Shown here: positions 12,484-23,057 of the stretch, one piece after another
Position numbering within the stretch: the stretch's first letter is position 1
How the letters are laid out: the number at the start of each line of letters is the position of its first letter
Origin: Camelus ferus
Taxonomy: Eukaryota
Assembly: GCF_009834535.1 (NCBI RefSeq)
Contig: NC_045697.1
Span: forward strand, 2,172,001-2,236,000
Length of the DNA stretch: 64,000 nt
Direction of reading: 5' to 3'
The notes under the pieces: generated by a model
Databases searched by the model: none
The model's input: only the letters and a program-made list of their open reading frames with translations
Told to the model about the DNA's origin: nothing
Translations under genes and position numbers: made by a program

Positions 12484-12751
12484 GTGGGTCCCACGGGCCT
12501 GATGGGGGTGCTGGGGGTGCTTGGCCTGTGGCACTGGGGGCCTCGGGGACCTGAACCCTGGGCATGTTGGCCCTCAGCCAGGGGCTCCCCAATTGCCCCA
12601 TCCTTCCTCCCGCTGACCCTGGCGCTTGGGCCCTTGCGGGTGAGCGGGGCGGGTGCAGCCCCAGCCTGTCTCCTCGTCCAGGCCCAGTGTGCCCCAGGCG
12701 GGGTCCCGGGGCGGGCAGGGTGCGCGGCGGCTCACCTCGGGCTGCTTGCAG

Positions 12752-12888
12752 GGGCCGGAGCCTCCCGCTACGCGCAGATCGACATCCTGGCCACCGAGGC
12801 GGCCCACAGGGCGGGGGCCCTGCATGCACACACCAGGAAGGAGCGGCTGCACGACCTGGAGCAGAGGCGGAAGGGGGTCCCGCGGTGA
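12752..12888 (+). CDS. DOK7: DOK7 long-isoform terminal coding exon
   Basis: Branch-like ctcac followed by ttgcag acceptor, phase 1. Encodes GAGASRYAQIDILATEAAHRAGALHAHTRKERLHDLEQRRKGVPR, with TGA at 12886-12888. Confidence 0.82.
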
Positions 12889-14919
12889 GGTGGCTGGACT
12901 CCACCACGACCGATGCCCCGAGGGAGCGGCCCCATGGCATCTCTGTTGTATCCTGCCGGTCAGGCTCCGAGCAGAGGGTGGGCGAGCTGCCCTGAGCCCT
13001 GGTGCAGGCGGGTGGACGGTTCTGGGGCTCCTGACCTCCCACCTAGAACCTCCCGAGTCTCTGGTGCCCAGAGCCCGCCCTTCCTCTGACGTCCACTCTG
13101 GCCCCCAGGCCGGCGGGAAGTGCCACCTGGACAGATGCTGGGTGGCTCCGGTTGGACCTGGTGCAGCGTCTCAGCACCGGGTGAGCAGTTTCCGGCCCTG
13201 GAGGTGGTGACCACCCAGTGACGGCGACGCATCGCACCACCTGAGCACCTGGACCCCCCACGCCCTCCGCGGGGCCCCGGCCGTCCCCATCCTGGTCACC
13301 GCTGCCCGTGCCTGGACCGACCGCCCCCTTCTTCGGACCCACCTGTCCTGCAAACGGTTTAAAATCGATGGCTCCTGCTCCACCGTCAGTCACGCGTTGT
13401 TCCTGAGGGCAAGGCGCCCACGCTCGCTGCCGTCCAGACACACAGAGGGGCTGGGCTGGGGTTAGACCTCCTGGTGGCCTTGGGGGTCGGATGGCATTTC
13501 CATGATTCAGTGGATGGGAGGGGTGGTCCTGGCTCCACTGGCTGATGGGGTCCTGGAGGCTGGGAGGCTCCCAGAATTGGGGGTGGGCCTCCTGCTCCCT
13601 GGGCCGTATGTAGCACGACAGGAAGGCCGGGCCGGGCCGGGCCGGGCACTCCTACCCTGGTCTCGGACAGGAGATGGCGCTCTGCCCTGCCTGGTGGGGC
13701 TCCAACCACGGCCACGCAGACCCATCCTACCCTGCCCGCCTCCAGGGACCCCACCCAGGACCCAGTGGGCGTGGTTAGCATGCCCATGGGGAGCACACAC
13801 AGCTCACACCCCACAGGCCCTCCTTCTCAGTGGGGGCCCCTTGGGTTAGTGGGCCCAGAAGTCCAGTCCCCTTCCCCACCGAGTCCGTGGAGGCAAATGT
13901 CCCGCCTGGGGTGCAAAGGCCAAGGGGCCGCCCCACAGGCAGGTCAGGATCTCACACGCCCTGGATGAGATGCCAGGGTAGCGGGACTTGCCTTCTCAGG
14001 TGTACGTGGTGGCAAAGCACAGCCAGTGTGCCCCAGTCGAGGGCTCCAGCTGGCCAAGGTCCTGCAGGTGCAGGGGGCCGACCTCCGTGCCCTGGGCAGG
14101 CCACACGTGTCAGCTTAGGGCTGGGCAACTAGGGGTCCCAGGCCTTACCTGTGACCTCGAGGGGCTGGTGTCTGGGGTCTCCTATTTTTCAAAATGGGAT
14201 GAGCCTGCTGTGTTTTCACAAAGCTAACGTGGGGTCAGGTCACAGATGTGCGACGTGTCCAGGAAGGGTTGCCATCCCTGCCCTCTGCCCTGCAGGCAGC
14301 CAAGGGGTCTCCTGTGGACCCCCTGCTTGGGCACATGTCTGTGAGGAACAGAGTAGCTCCCTGCAGGGTCAGGCGGGCCCAGCCAAGGGCACCATGAGAG
14401 CGGCCATCGGGGAGCAGGTGCTTGGGAGGCTGGGAGGGGCCCGGAGTGAGGGTGCCGGCCGAGGCTGAGGGCAGGGGTTTGTTCTGATGGATGGTGGCCA
14501 GGCAGGGCCAAGTGGGGCCAGACAAACACCTCCCCTCCTCCGGAGCTGTGAAGCCAGCACTTGGTGGCCCGATTCGTTGGGGTTACCTCTGCCAAGCCGC
14601 TACAGCCGCCAGGGCCAAGGCACACGTACACAGGCTCGAGCTGGGGAAGGGACGCCGCCTTTGCTGAGAGGGCAGGGGCGCCCCTGCAGCGACACCTGCC
14701 ACTGCTCTTCCCCCTGCCTTCATTCATGTCCCATCCCCCTCACATCCTCATGGCCCCTCTGCCCTCAGGTCCCCGGGTGGGACCCTCCTTAGGCCTGAGC
14801 TGGCCCGCAGGAGGCTGCGCAGGGCGCTGGACACGACCCGGCAGAGGCGTCCTCCCCCTGCCTCCCCGACCCCAGCGTCTCGGCTCTGAGATACCACGGT
14901 TGGACTGAACATCGCATTA

Positions 14920-15390
14920 CTTTTTTACTGAGGTGTAACTGACAAATACCACGACGTGAGTTTAGGCGGACAACGTAAGGGTTCGGTATTTGTGTATATT
15001 GTGAGATGACCCCACAGTGAGCCCAGTGAACACCCCCCTCACAGAGTTACAGACTATTTCCCCTTGTGATAGGATCTCTAAAGACCAACTTGCTAGCGAC
15101 CTGCAGTGTAAATCTGGGGCTGTGACCTGCAGGCGCCATGCTACACACAACCTTCGAGACTCCACTTCTAACTGGAAGTTTGCACCTTTTGGCCCCTGCA
15201 CCCACATCGCCACTGCCCGCCGTCCACCTCTGCAGCCACAGGTCTGCTCTGTGCCAAGCTCACGTCTCTCCTCTGGAAGCTTCCCCGTGTGAGTGAGGTC
15301 ATGCACGTGCCTGTCTCCTCTCACTCAGCGCGGCGGCCTCTGGGTCCATCCGTGAAGCTGCAGATGACAGGGGTTCGTTTCTTCAGTGGC
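14920..15390 (-). mobile_element. Old LINE-1 3' UTR fragment (L1M-type)
   Basis: 'ttttttactgaggtgtaactgacaaatacc...aagtttgcacctttt...gtgagtgaggtcatgcac' resembles an L1M 3' end. Confidence 0.7.
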
Positions 15391-15720
15391 CATGTGGCAC
15401 TGCGCGTGTGTACGTGTGCGCACACACACCACATCGGCCTATCCACGCGTCCATCGACGGGCACTCAGGGGCTTCTGCCTCCTGGATGCAGGGCATCGCG
15501 CTGCAGCGGACACAGGGCACGCGGGCGGCGTGAGCGAGCGTTTCCGTTTTCTCCCGATCGACGCCCAGCAGCGCGGCTGCGGCTCCCACGGCAGCTCTGC
15601 TTTCAGCTTCACCTTGCGCGCCTTCGCCTTTATTTTGCGGGAAGAGGAGTGACTGGGTTTGCTTATTTACTTATATCTCGTAACTTTTTTGTGGGGGGAT
15701 GGATTAGGTTTACTCACCGA

Positions 15721-15806
15721 TTTATTTAAATGGAGGTAGCGGGGACCGAACCAGGACCTCAGGCATGCTAAGTGTGCGCTCTGCCCCTGAGCTGCACCCT
15801 TCCCCC
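15721..15806 (-). mobile_element. tRNA-derived SINE (camelid-like family)
   Basis: Minus strand reads gggaagggtgcagctcaggggcagagcgcacacttagcatgcctgaggtcctggttcggtccccgctacctccatttaaataaa, with A-box/B-box-like motifs and an A-rich tail. Confidence 0.8.
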
Positions 15807-15839
15807 ATTCTTCTAGACTCTGCAGTGATCTAAGCTTTT

Positions 15840-18130
15840 CTTACAAGAAATTAGAACATAGACAGCAAATTAAACACAAATTAAATAGAAGAGTAAGAAC
15901 AGAAGTCAGTGAAAAAGAAAATGGACAAACAAGCAGCAGACAAAAATCAATGAACTTCAAAGCTGGCTCTGGGGAAAACGCCCACATAACCGGCAAGCCC
16001 TGGGTGAGACTGGCGGGGCGGGGAGGGCAGAGGAGGGCGCGAGCGAGCTCTGACCGCCAGCACCGGGCGTGCGAAGGGCGGGGTCTAACCACAGATTCCA
16101 CACGCAGTAAGAAGATAAAAGGGTATTTTCAACAACTAATACCAGTTATTTTGACAACTTAGATCAAATTCCTTGACAAACACACCTTTAAAAAACACAA
16201 AAGAATATTAAAATCAAAGCAGCCTCCTATCTATTTTTAAAAACTGAACTCATAGTAAGAACCTCATCACAAGGGAAGTCCCAGGCCTGGACGGCCTCAC
16301 CCATCAACCCTACTGCGCATTTAAGACAGAAGCAGGGCCACTTCTCCCAAGCTGCAACCCGTCTGGGGAGGCCGGCTTGTGGGTGAGGCTTCACAGACAG
16401 GCAGAGGGAGCGCACAGGCCAGAGCCCCTCGTGAGGGCGCGTGCAGGAGTGCTTGGCCGAGCGGCAGCGCGTCTCCTCTGGCCACAGAAAAGGGCCAGTC
16501 AGCACGACCCGTGCGATTTACCCAGGAATGCGAGGCTACGTCAGCCCGTGAGAACCAACCAGCGCGATCCGCCACTGGGCAGGCAAGCCTTCACAACCTC
16601 CTCAACAGACGCGTGCGAAGTCCTCGACCACCTCCGATGGAAACACTCAGCAGACGAGGACAGCACCTCTGCTTTCCCCAAAAGGGCCCTCACCTGCGAG
16701 CGCGCGGATGCGGGTGAAGGTGCGGGCGCCCTCTTCCGCCACCACTGTCCTCGGCGGCCTGGCGACCCGGCCAGTGCGGAGGTCCCCACAGATGACAGGA
16801 ACAAGTGTGAATTTAGGGTAGAGGATGCGAGGTTGTTACATGAAACAAACAATCGGAAGATGAAATACAAAACCATGCTGCCGGCGCGAGTGCAGAACAC
16901 CGTGTACCTGGGACTGAACCTAAAGAAAGCACGAGAGGCCGTGCAGAGGCAGCAGCCTGCGCCGGGACCGCGTGTGAGCCCTGCAAGACTGCATCCTGGA
17001 GACGCGCGCCCCGCCCCGGTGACGCGTGCACCGAGGGCCCGCCTGTCGGTGCAGGAGCTCGCCCGTAAACACGAAGCGTATACAGAAATGCGGAAGACCT
17101 TTCGCGAATCTTTAAAAGCAGGAAGAAAACCGCTCACTGATTTCAAGATTTATTGTAAAGTTGCTGTCATCAAGCCAGACTGAGGTAGACACACAGAACA
17201 GAGTCCAGAAACAGACCTACACCTGTAGGTCCACTTGACTTTTGACAAAGGCACCAAACCAAACCACTGGCAAAGGGAAAAGCCTACATAACAAGCGGTG
17301 CTGGGACACAGGGGGAGAAGGGGCCTGGCCTCCCAACACAGCTGGAAGTGCCAGCCTCCCCCAGAGGGCGCCGTCTGTGCACCAGGACGCCCATCAGCAA
17401 GCACAGGGACCCCACCGCTGACGCAGGCAGCGCACGTGCCGGCTGAGGGACGCCGGGCACACACGGTCTAGCTCCACTATGGCAAACGCAGGGACAGGCA
17501 GGAGGGGGGGATGGTCGCAAGGCGGTGGCCTGGGTGAGGACGGCTTTCCGGAGCACAGGCAATACTGAGTCTCTTTTTGAGTAGCGGTCACACAGGTTAT
17601 TACAACCACCAGCACTGTCCCCCAGGCTGAACACTTAAGACCTGGGCTATTTCCTGTGAATGTACTCCCTCCCCGCCACAAAACCACCTAAAATTTAACA
17701 AGCGTCTCTCTAAGTAGGTACTGCCAACACCAGCAGGAACGTCCACAATGAAAGCTGAACACCAGGGCTTGGCAACAGAGCACGCACTCCGCCCCGCCCC
17801 AAGTGGGAATGAGCGCCTCCCCTTGGAAAGGCATTTGGAATCACCTGCCGCGTTTGAACGAACGTACCACCACCGCTCAGAATCTGGAAACGCGCGCACG
17901 CACGAGTGTTCCCCACAGCCGTTTCCAACTGCTGTCACCATCCCAAACTGGAAATAACGCACATCTCCATCAACAGCAGAACGGACGAGAAACAAAGTAT
18001 GACACCCTCCCACAACGGGATGGAATACTAAAGGAACAAACTTCCGCTGGCGTTATCTCAGCAACACGCCTGCTAAAACCTGGACAACACAAACACAGAC
18101 CGCCCCCTAGCACACTTTCACATCTGTGAA
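15840..18130 (+). mobile_element. Old, degenerate LINE-1 ORF2/3' relic (L1M-type)
   Basis: L1 ORF2 remnants: 'aaaatcaatgaacttcaaagctggctct', peptide relics VYLGLNL and DFKIYCKVAVIK, and 'ttgacttttgacaaaggcaccaa'. Confidence 0.8.
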
Positions 18131-18164
18131 GGTCAAACAGGGAGACCCGACCTTGAAGGGCGGT

Positions 18165-18440
18165 CTCCTAGTCCCCTATAACGGACCACCACAGACAGGA
18201 ATGAAGCAACACAGGTTCACTTTCCCAGTCCCGGGGGGCGGACGTCTGTGGCCACAGCGTGGGAGGTTGGGCGCTGGGGGGCAGTCTGCACAGTGGCAGG
18301 GGTGAGGGAGCTCTGGGGTCATCTTGTAAGGGCGCTGATTTCACTTGTGAGGACCCCAACCTCATGACCTCCCGAAGGCCCCACCTCCAGGCACCGTCAC
18401 CTTGGGGATTAGGTTCCAACCCACGGATTTGGGGAACACA
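18165..18440. mobile_element. MaLR (MLT1-like) LTR fragment
   Basis: 'cctcatgacctcccgaaggccccacctcc...caccttggggattaggttccaac...atttgggg' is characteristic MaLR LTR text. Confidence 0.7.
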
Positions 18441-19590
18441 AGCCAGTGGTTGGCTCCAGGAGAAAGGAGGGCCCAGGGCCGCTGGTTCCCTGCGCTTCCT
18501 GGGCTGGGTGGGCCCACTGTGCTGGCATGGGACATCTCCCTGAGCCCCAGGCGTATGTCTTGTGCCCTTTAACGAACGTACGTTTTACTTCAAAGGGATC
18601 ATTTAAAAGCTACAAACAGTGCAGCCACTGCCCCTGACTGGGGGGGGGGGGTCCCTCCTCACCCATCTCCCCCAGGGCTGGAGGCGGCGAGCGACAGTGA
18701 AGGCCCGTCCCTCTCTCTTGCTCCGGTCTGAAGGCCAGTTCTCTGGGCTATCAGCTCCTCAGAGGCCGGACTGGTTGAGGCTCCTTCTCTGCCGGCCTCC
18801 ACGTCCCGTGCCAGCCTCCCCAGGCCTGGCAGCGCCCCTGCTGTGAACCATGAGGGCTGGGCCCTGCAGGCACACGGGGGCTCTCAGCCCTTCAAGAGCA
18901 GCTCTGCCCTGAGCCTCGCACACGCGTCTCCGTGCAGTCGCCCCAGTCCTGCCCACGGCAGCTGGCCTGGCTGCTGGCAGACAGGACGTGAAAGCCCACG
19001 ACCCAGGGAGGAGCGGGGCTGCACCCGAGCTGCCTGCCGTGGGGCTGCCTCCCCGCTTGTGCTCGCAACGCCCTGCACAGTCCCGCCACGGTGTCCTTGG
19101 CCTTGGCTCTTCTTGTAACGGCAACAGGAAACTCGTGCTCGGCGGATCCCAGTGCTGGTGCTGAGATCTGATGAGGCCAACGCAGGAAGGCAGCGCCCAG
19201 CGGAGCCTCCAGGGCCCAGGCGTGCTGCGGACTCGTCCCTGACTCGGGCCCGAGCCCTCCTGCAGCGAGAACCAGGCACTTCCGCTGGATGGAGCCCTGC
19301 AGGCTGCTCCCGAGCCCGTCCTGCGGGGTCAGGAGGAGAAAGGCAGCCCCACGAGGGCTCGGCTCGGAGGCCACGACGCCGCGTCCCCACCCTGCCTTCG
19401 CCGCCGCCTGACCAGGGAGGCTGAGCCAAGTCCATGGCCCCTTCCTCCGTCTCGTGCCACAGAGAAGCTGGGGGAGGGGGCGGCGGAAGAGGGGCCTCGG
19501 GCGCCCACACCTGTGACTGAAGTCACCAGCCCAGCAGACAGCGAAACCGGAACCAGTGACACCAACAAGCTCGGGGCTTAAACACTGCAG

Positions 19591-19596
19591 TGTATT
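19591..19596 (-). terminator. Candidate variant poly(A) signal (AATACA) of LRPAP1
   Basis: AATACA on the - strand ~250 nt after the stop, in an AT-richer patch and followed by a GU-rich tract (ttgttggtgtc). No AATAAA seen close to the stop. Confidence 0.5.
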
Positions 19597-19846
19597 TCTG
19601 AGGACTTCTGTACACAGTATTTCCAGCAGCAGACTGATAAGATTTTGATGCAAACTGTGACCCTGCAGCATGGGCAGCTGGAAATCGGCGTTCCTGACAG
19701 AGGTGACTGCCAGCGGTGTTGCGGGCGGGGCCGTGCCAGCCAGGGGGAGGTGGGGGGTCACGCAGCTCCTCTTCTCGCTCGGGACCCTTGTGGCCCCAGT
19801 CCCCTGCTGGCTGTCTTCAGGAGTCCTGCGGCCAGGCTCCCGGGGC

Positions 19847-19909
19847 TCAGAGCTCGTTGTGGCGCGCTCTGGAGACCCGGCTGGACAGGTCCTGCAGGTG
19901 CTTCTTCAC
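19847..19909 (-). CDS. LRPAP1: LRPAP1 exon 8 (terminal coding exon; ER-retrieval signal HNEL)
   Basis: ctgcag acceptor, then VKKHLQDLSSRVSRARHNEL and TGA. The eight exons sum to 1095 nt, an intact 364-aa frame. Confidence 0.97.
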   Translation of the reverse strand: MKKHLQDLSSRVSRARHNEL

Positions 19910-20159
19910 CTGCAGAGAAGACACAGGCAAAGCAGTCAGGAGACCCGCTCACCTCGGCCTGAGATGCTGGCCCAGCAGTGAACTCCCGAGCCCGGTTAGC
20001 TCACTCTCCCATCCCCCTCCCACACAGACCCTGTTGTGAGTAAATCTCAGAAGCAGCTCACGAACCAGGAACAGCCTCCGAAGAACACTGTGGACACAGG
20101 CGGAGGAGGCCTTCCCGCCCCCCACGCCCTCCTTCCACCCCGGACTCTGCGGACTTGAG

Positions 20160-21297
20160 CTCTGGGTCCCTCCTGATGAGACTGGCTGAGGGCGCGTTGA
20201 TTCCGTGCACCTTTCTGAAGGATCAGCTCTCAGTTTCGTTGATCTTTTCTATTTTTTCAGTCTTGGTTTCATTTATTTCTGCTCTGATCTTTACGATTTC
20301 TTTCCTTCTACTAACTTTGGGTTTGTCTGCCTTTCTTTCGCTGGTTCCTTTAAGTGAAAGGTTAGATTGTTTATTCAAGACTTGCGTTTCCTGAGGTGGG
20401 CCTGCATCATGACAGACTCCCTTCTCTGAGCTGCTTCTGCTGCGTCCCTGGATTTGGGAAAGTGGTCTTGTTTTTGTCTCCAGGCACTTTTTGATTTTTC
20501 ATTTCTTTGGTGATCCATTGATTGTTTGGTAGTAAACTGTTTAGCCTCCACGTTTGTTTTTTTTCCTTGAAGTTATTTCCAGCCTCATAGTGTTACGATT
20601 GGAAAAGACACTTGATATGACTTCAATTTTCCTAAATTTACCAAGGCTTGCTCTGTGGCCTAGCATGTGGCCTCTCCCAGCGAACGTTCCATGCCCTTGA
20701 ATGTGCATTCTGCTTTTGGATGGAATGTCCTATGAACATCTAGAACGTTCATTCATCTGGTCAATGTGCCTCGAGGACTTTCTGCCTGGGGGTCTGTCCG
20801 TCACTGTAAGTGGGGGGCTGGGGTCCTGCACTGTTCTTGGGTCACTGCCTCCTTCTATGCGCGTTTACTTGCTCCTAGGTTGGGTGTGCTCACGCTGACA
20901 GCTGCTCTATCTCCTCCTGGGTTGATCCCGTTAGGCAATGTCCAGCCTTGCCTCTTGCTAGTCTTTGTTTTGAAGTCTATTTTGTCTGGTATGAGTACTG
21001 CTGCCCTGGTTTTGACTTCAGTTGCGTGGAACACCTTTCCCCACCCCGCGCCGTGTCTCCAGGTCTGCAGCGAGTCTCCTGCAGGTGGCGTGCGTGTGGC
21101 CTTGTTGCTGCGGTCGCTCCGCCAGTCTGTGTCCTTCGGCTGCAGCCCTCAGTCCGCGTACGTCCGGTTACTGACACGCGCACACCTACTGCCGCTGTTA
21201 GTTGTTTCCTGGTGGGTTTGTAGCTCATTCTGTTCTTGGCTCTCTTCCCTTGTGCTTTGGTGACTGTCTTCCCTGTTATGGATTCCTGCTCTTTTTT
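20160..21297 (-). mobile_element. LINE-1 fragment (inter-ORF spacer and ORF2 endonuclease region) in LRPAP1 intron 7
   Basis: Typical antisense L1 ORF2 text, e.g. 'tttcatttatttctgctctgatctttacgatttctttccttctactaactttggg' and 'gtctttgttttgaagtctattttgtctggtatgagta'. Confidence 0.85.
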
Positions 21298-21730
21298 CGT
21301 GTGTCGGACACTGTTGACAATCCCATCGGAAGTGATGTTTCCATTGTGCCTCGTGCTTCTCTGCTTCCTTCTGTGTCTCGGGGGCTCTTTGAGGGCTCTG
21401 ATGATCAGGGCGGCAGCAGAAGGCACCACCTCAATCTGGGTCTGTTTTGAATGGTAAGTTTCACTGGAATCCTCAGACCCTTTCAATCACCAATTGCCTT
21501 GGTGATGTCATCACACAGTCTGTTTTGGAGGCAGATCCAGGGGGACTGATCTTGGTGGCCAAGGTGGATGTGGCACCGACTTCCCCACCGGTGCACCTCA
21601 GGTACACGACTTTGCTCTTGCTGGGGTTGAACTTAGGCGGCACGGTGGAGGGGGCTGGTGTCAGACGAACCCGGATCTGGGACGACCGAAGGAAGCTGCA
21701 CCTTGGCCTCCTCCGAGCCAAAAGCCGAGC
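21298..21730 (-). pseudogene. RPL12: RPL12 processed pseudogene (5' UTR plus about two-thirds of the CDS; 3'-truncated)
   Basis: Intronless. Translates to [32 protein letters not shown]...[43 protein letters not shown]. Start codon mutated to GTG (21641-21643), with frameshifts and a Trp-to-TGA change. The RPL12-like 5' UTR is retained. Confidence 0.93.
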
Positions 21731-21734
21731 GCCT

Positions 21735-22740
21735 GCCACTGCTGGCTTTCAGCGCTCCTCCTAGTTGGTAGGTGAACACTCTCTACCGTCACCGAGTGCC
21801 TGCCTCCCCAGTGAGGTTTTTCCTTTTGTGATTCTCGTATTTTCAGTTGTGGTGTTCTCTTTTCCATGTGCACAGACGGCTCCCTCTATCATGTCCTGGG
21901 AGGCCAGAAGCGCTTCCTGTCCCTCTGCTTCCCTGCGACAGCCCGCCCGTCCCTGGCACGCCCACCGGGGCCTCGCCAGGGCAGTGTTCGTGGTCGTAGG
22001 CGGCTTCCTTTCATGTCTCTGACCGCCTTCCCCACCCCAGCCTGCAGAGCTCTCTGCTGAGAAGTAGCTGACAGCCTCACGGGGACTCCCTGGTATGTAA
22101 CGCGCTGCCTTTCTCTTGCTGTTTGTAGGATTCTGTGTCTCTGACTCCTGCCCCTGTAGCTGCAGCGTGCCCTGCATGGGCCGCTGTGGGTTCGTCGTGT
22201 GGGGCTCTGTGCTGCCCGGGCCTGGGTCTCTTTTCAGCTCTTACTTCTTTGGGTAAATAGCTCCCCTCGTCGTCCTTCTGGGACCCTTACACCTTGAAGG
22301 TTAGTGGCCTGACGCTGCCCCAGGTCCCTCAAACTGTCCTCACGAGCAGTCTCCCTTTTCTGTTCAGCCTGAGTGAGCGCCACGCCTCGCTTCCGCTCCT
22401 GTGTCCCCTAGCGCACTGCTGACTCCTTGCAGCACGTCCTGCAGTTCAGTCACTGTGTCCTTCTGCTGCTGGTGTCCGCATGCATCTTCCAGCCGGTGCA
22501 CTCCTCACTGACCGCCCACCCCTGCCCTGAGCTCACTGAGCATCGCTGTGACGCCAGCTCGACCTCCACAGCAGGCAGGCTGCCCACCCCGCCTCTGCCG
22601 CGTCCTTCTGGGGTTTTATCTCGTTTGTTTGGAACACGTTCCTGTCTCCAGTGCCTAGTTCTGTGTTTATTTCTGTGCATGAGCCGGGTCGGCTGCTTCC
22701 CGATCTCGGGGAAGTGGTCTTAACGTAGCAGGCATCCCTC
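21735..22740 (-). mobile_element. LINE-1 fragment (ORF1 and start of inter-ORF spacer), co-oriented with the fragment at 20160-21297
   Basis: L1 ORF1 3'-type text such as 'tttctctgctgagaagtagctgacagcctcacggggactccctggtatgtaac' and 'ccttctgggaccctta'; heavily diverged. Confidence 0.7.
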
Positions 22741-23057
22741 AGGGAAGCCAGCAGCATGGTCCCGTCCAGTCACCAGAGCTTCGCACTCTGGGGATGTCCC
22801 CTACATGGGCTGCAGGGGCCCTTCTGCCGTGGTGGGCTGACTACCGTGCCTGTGTCATTTCAAAAGCAGCAAAAGACGCCAACTTGCCTGCGGCTCCCGC
22901 TCTGCCTGAGGCCTTCCCCGAGCCCTCCTGGAGCCCTGCTGGCCGCACCCAGGAGCACAGGCTGGGCGGGAAGCCGGGGTGCTCTCAGCCAGAGCCTCCC
23001 CGGGGCTGCCCCCCCGCCACCTCACTCCTCATGGAGCGCCAGTCCCTTCCACACACA

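Noticed and set aside
15721..15806. tRNA gene
   Set aside because: Degenerate tRNA-like head with an A-rich tail, and a related tail fragment at ~60555-60597: a SINE, not a tRNA.
16377..17183. 268-aa ORF as a possible domesticated L1 gene
   Set aside because: Only scattered L1 ORF2 remnants, no intact RT motifs; the open frame is explained by GC drift.
21298..21739. Functional RPL12 retrogene
   Set aside because: Start codon lost, frameshifts, premature stop and missing C-terminus.
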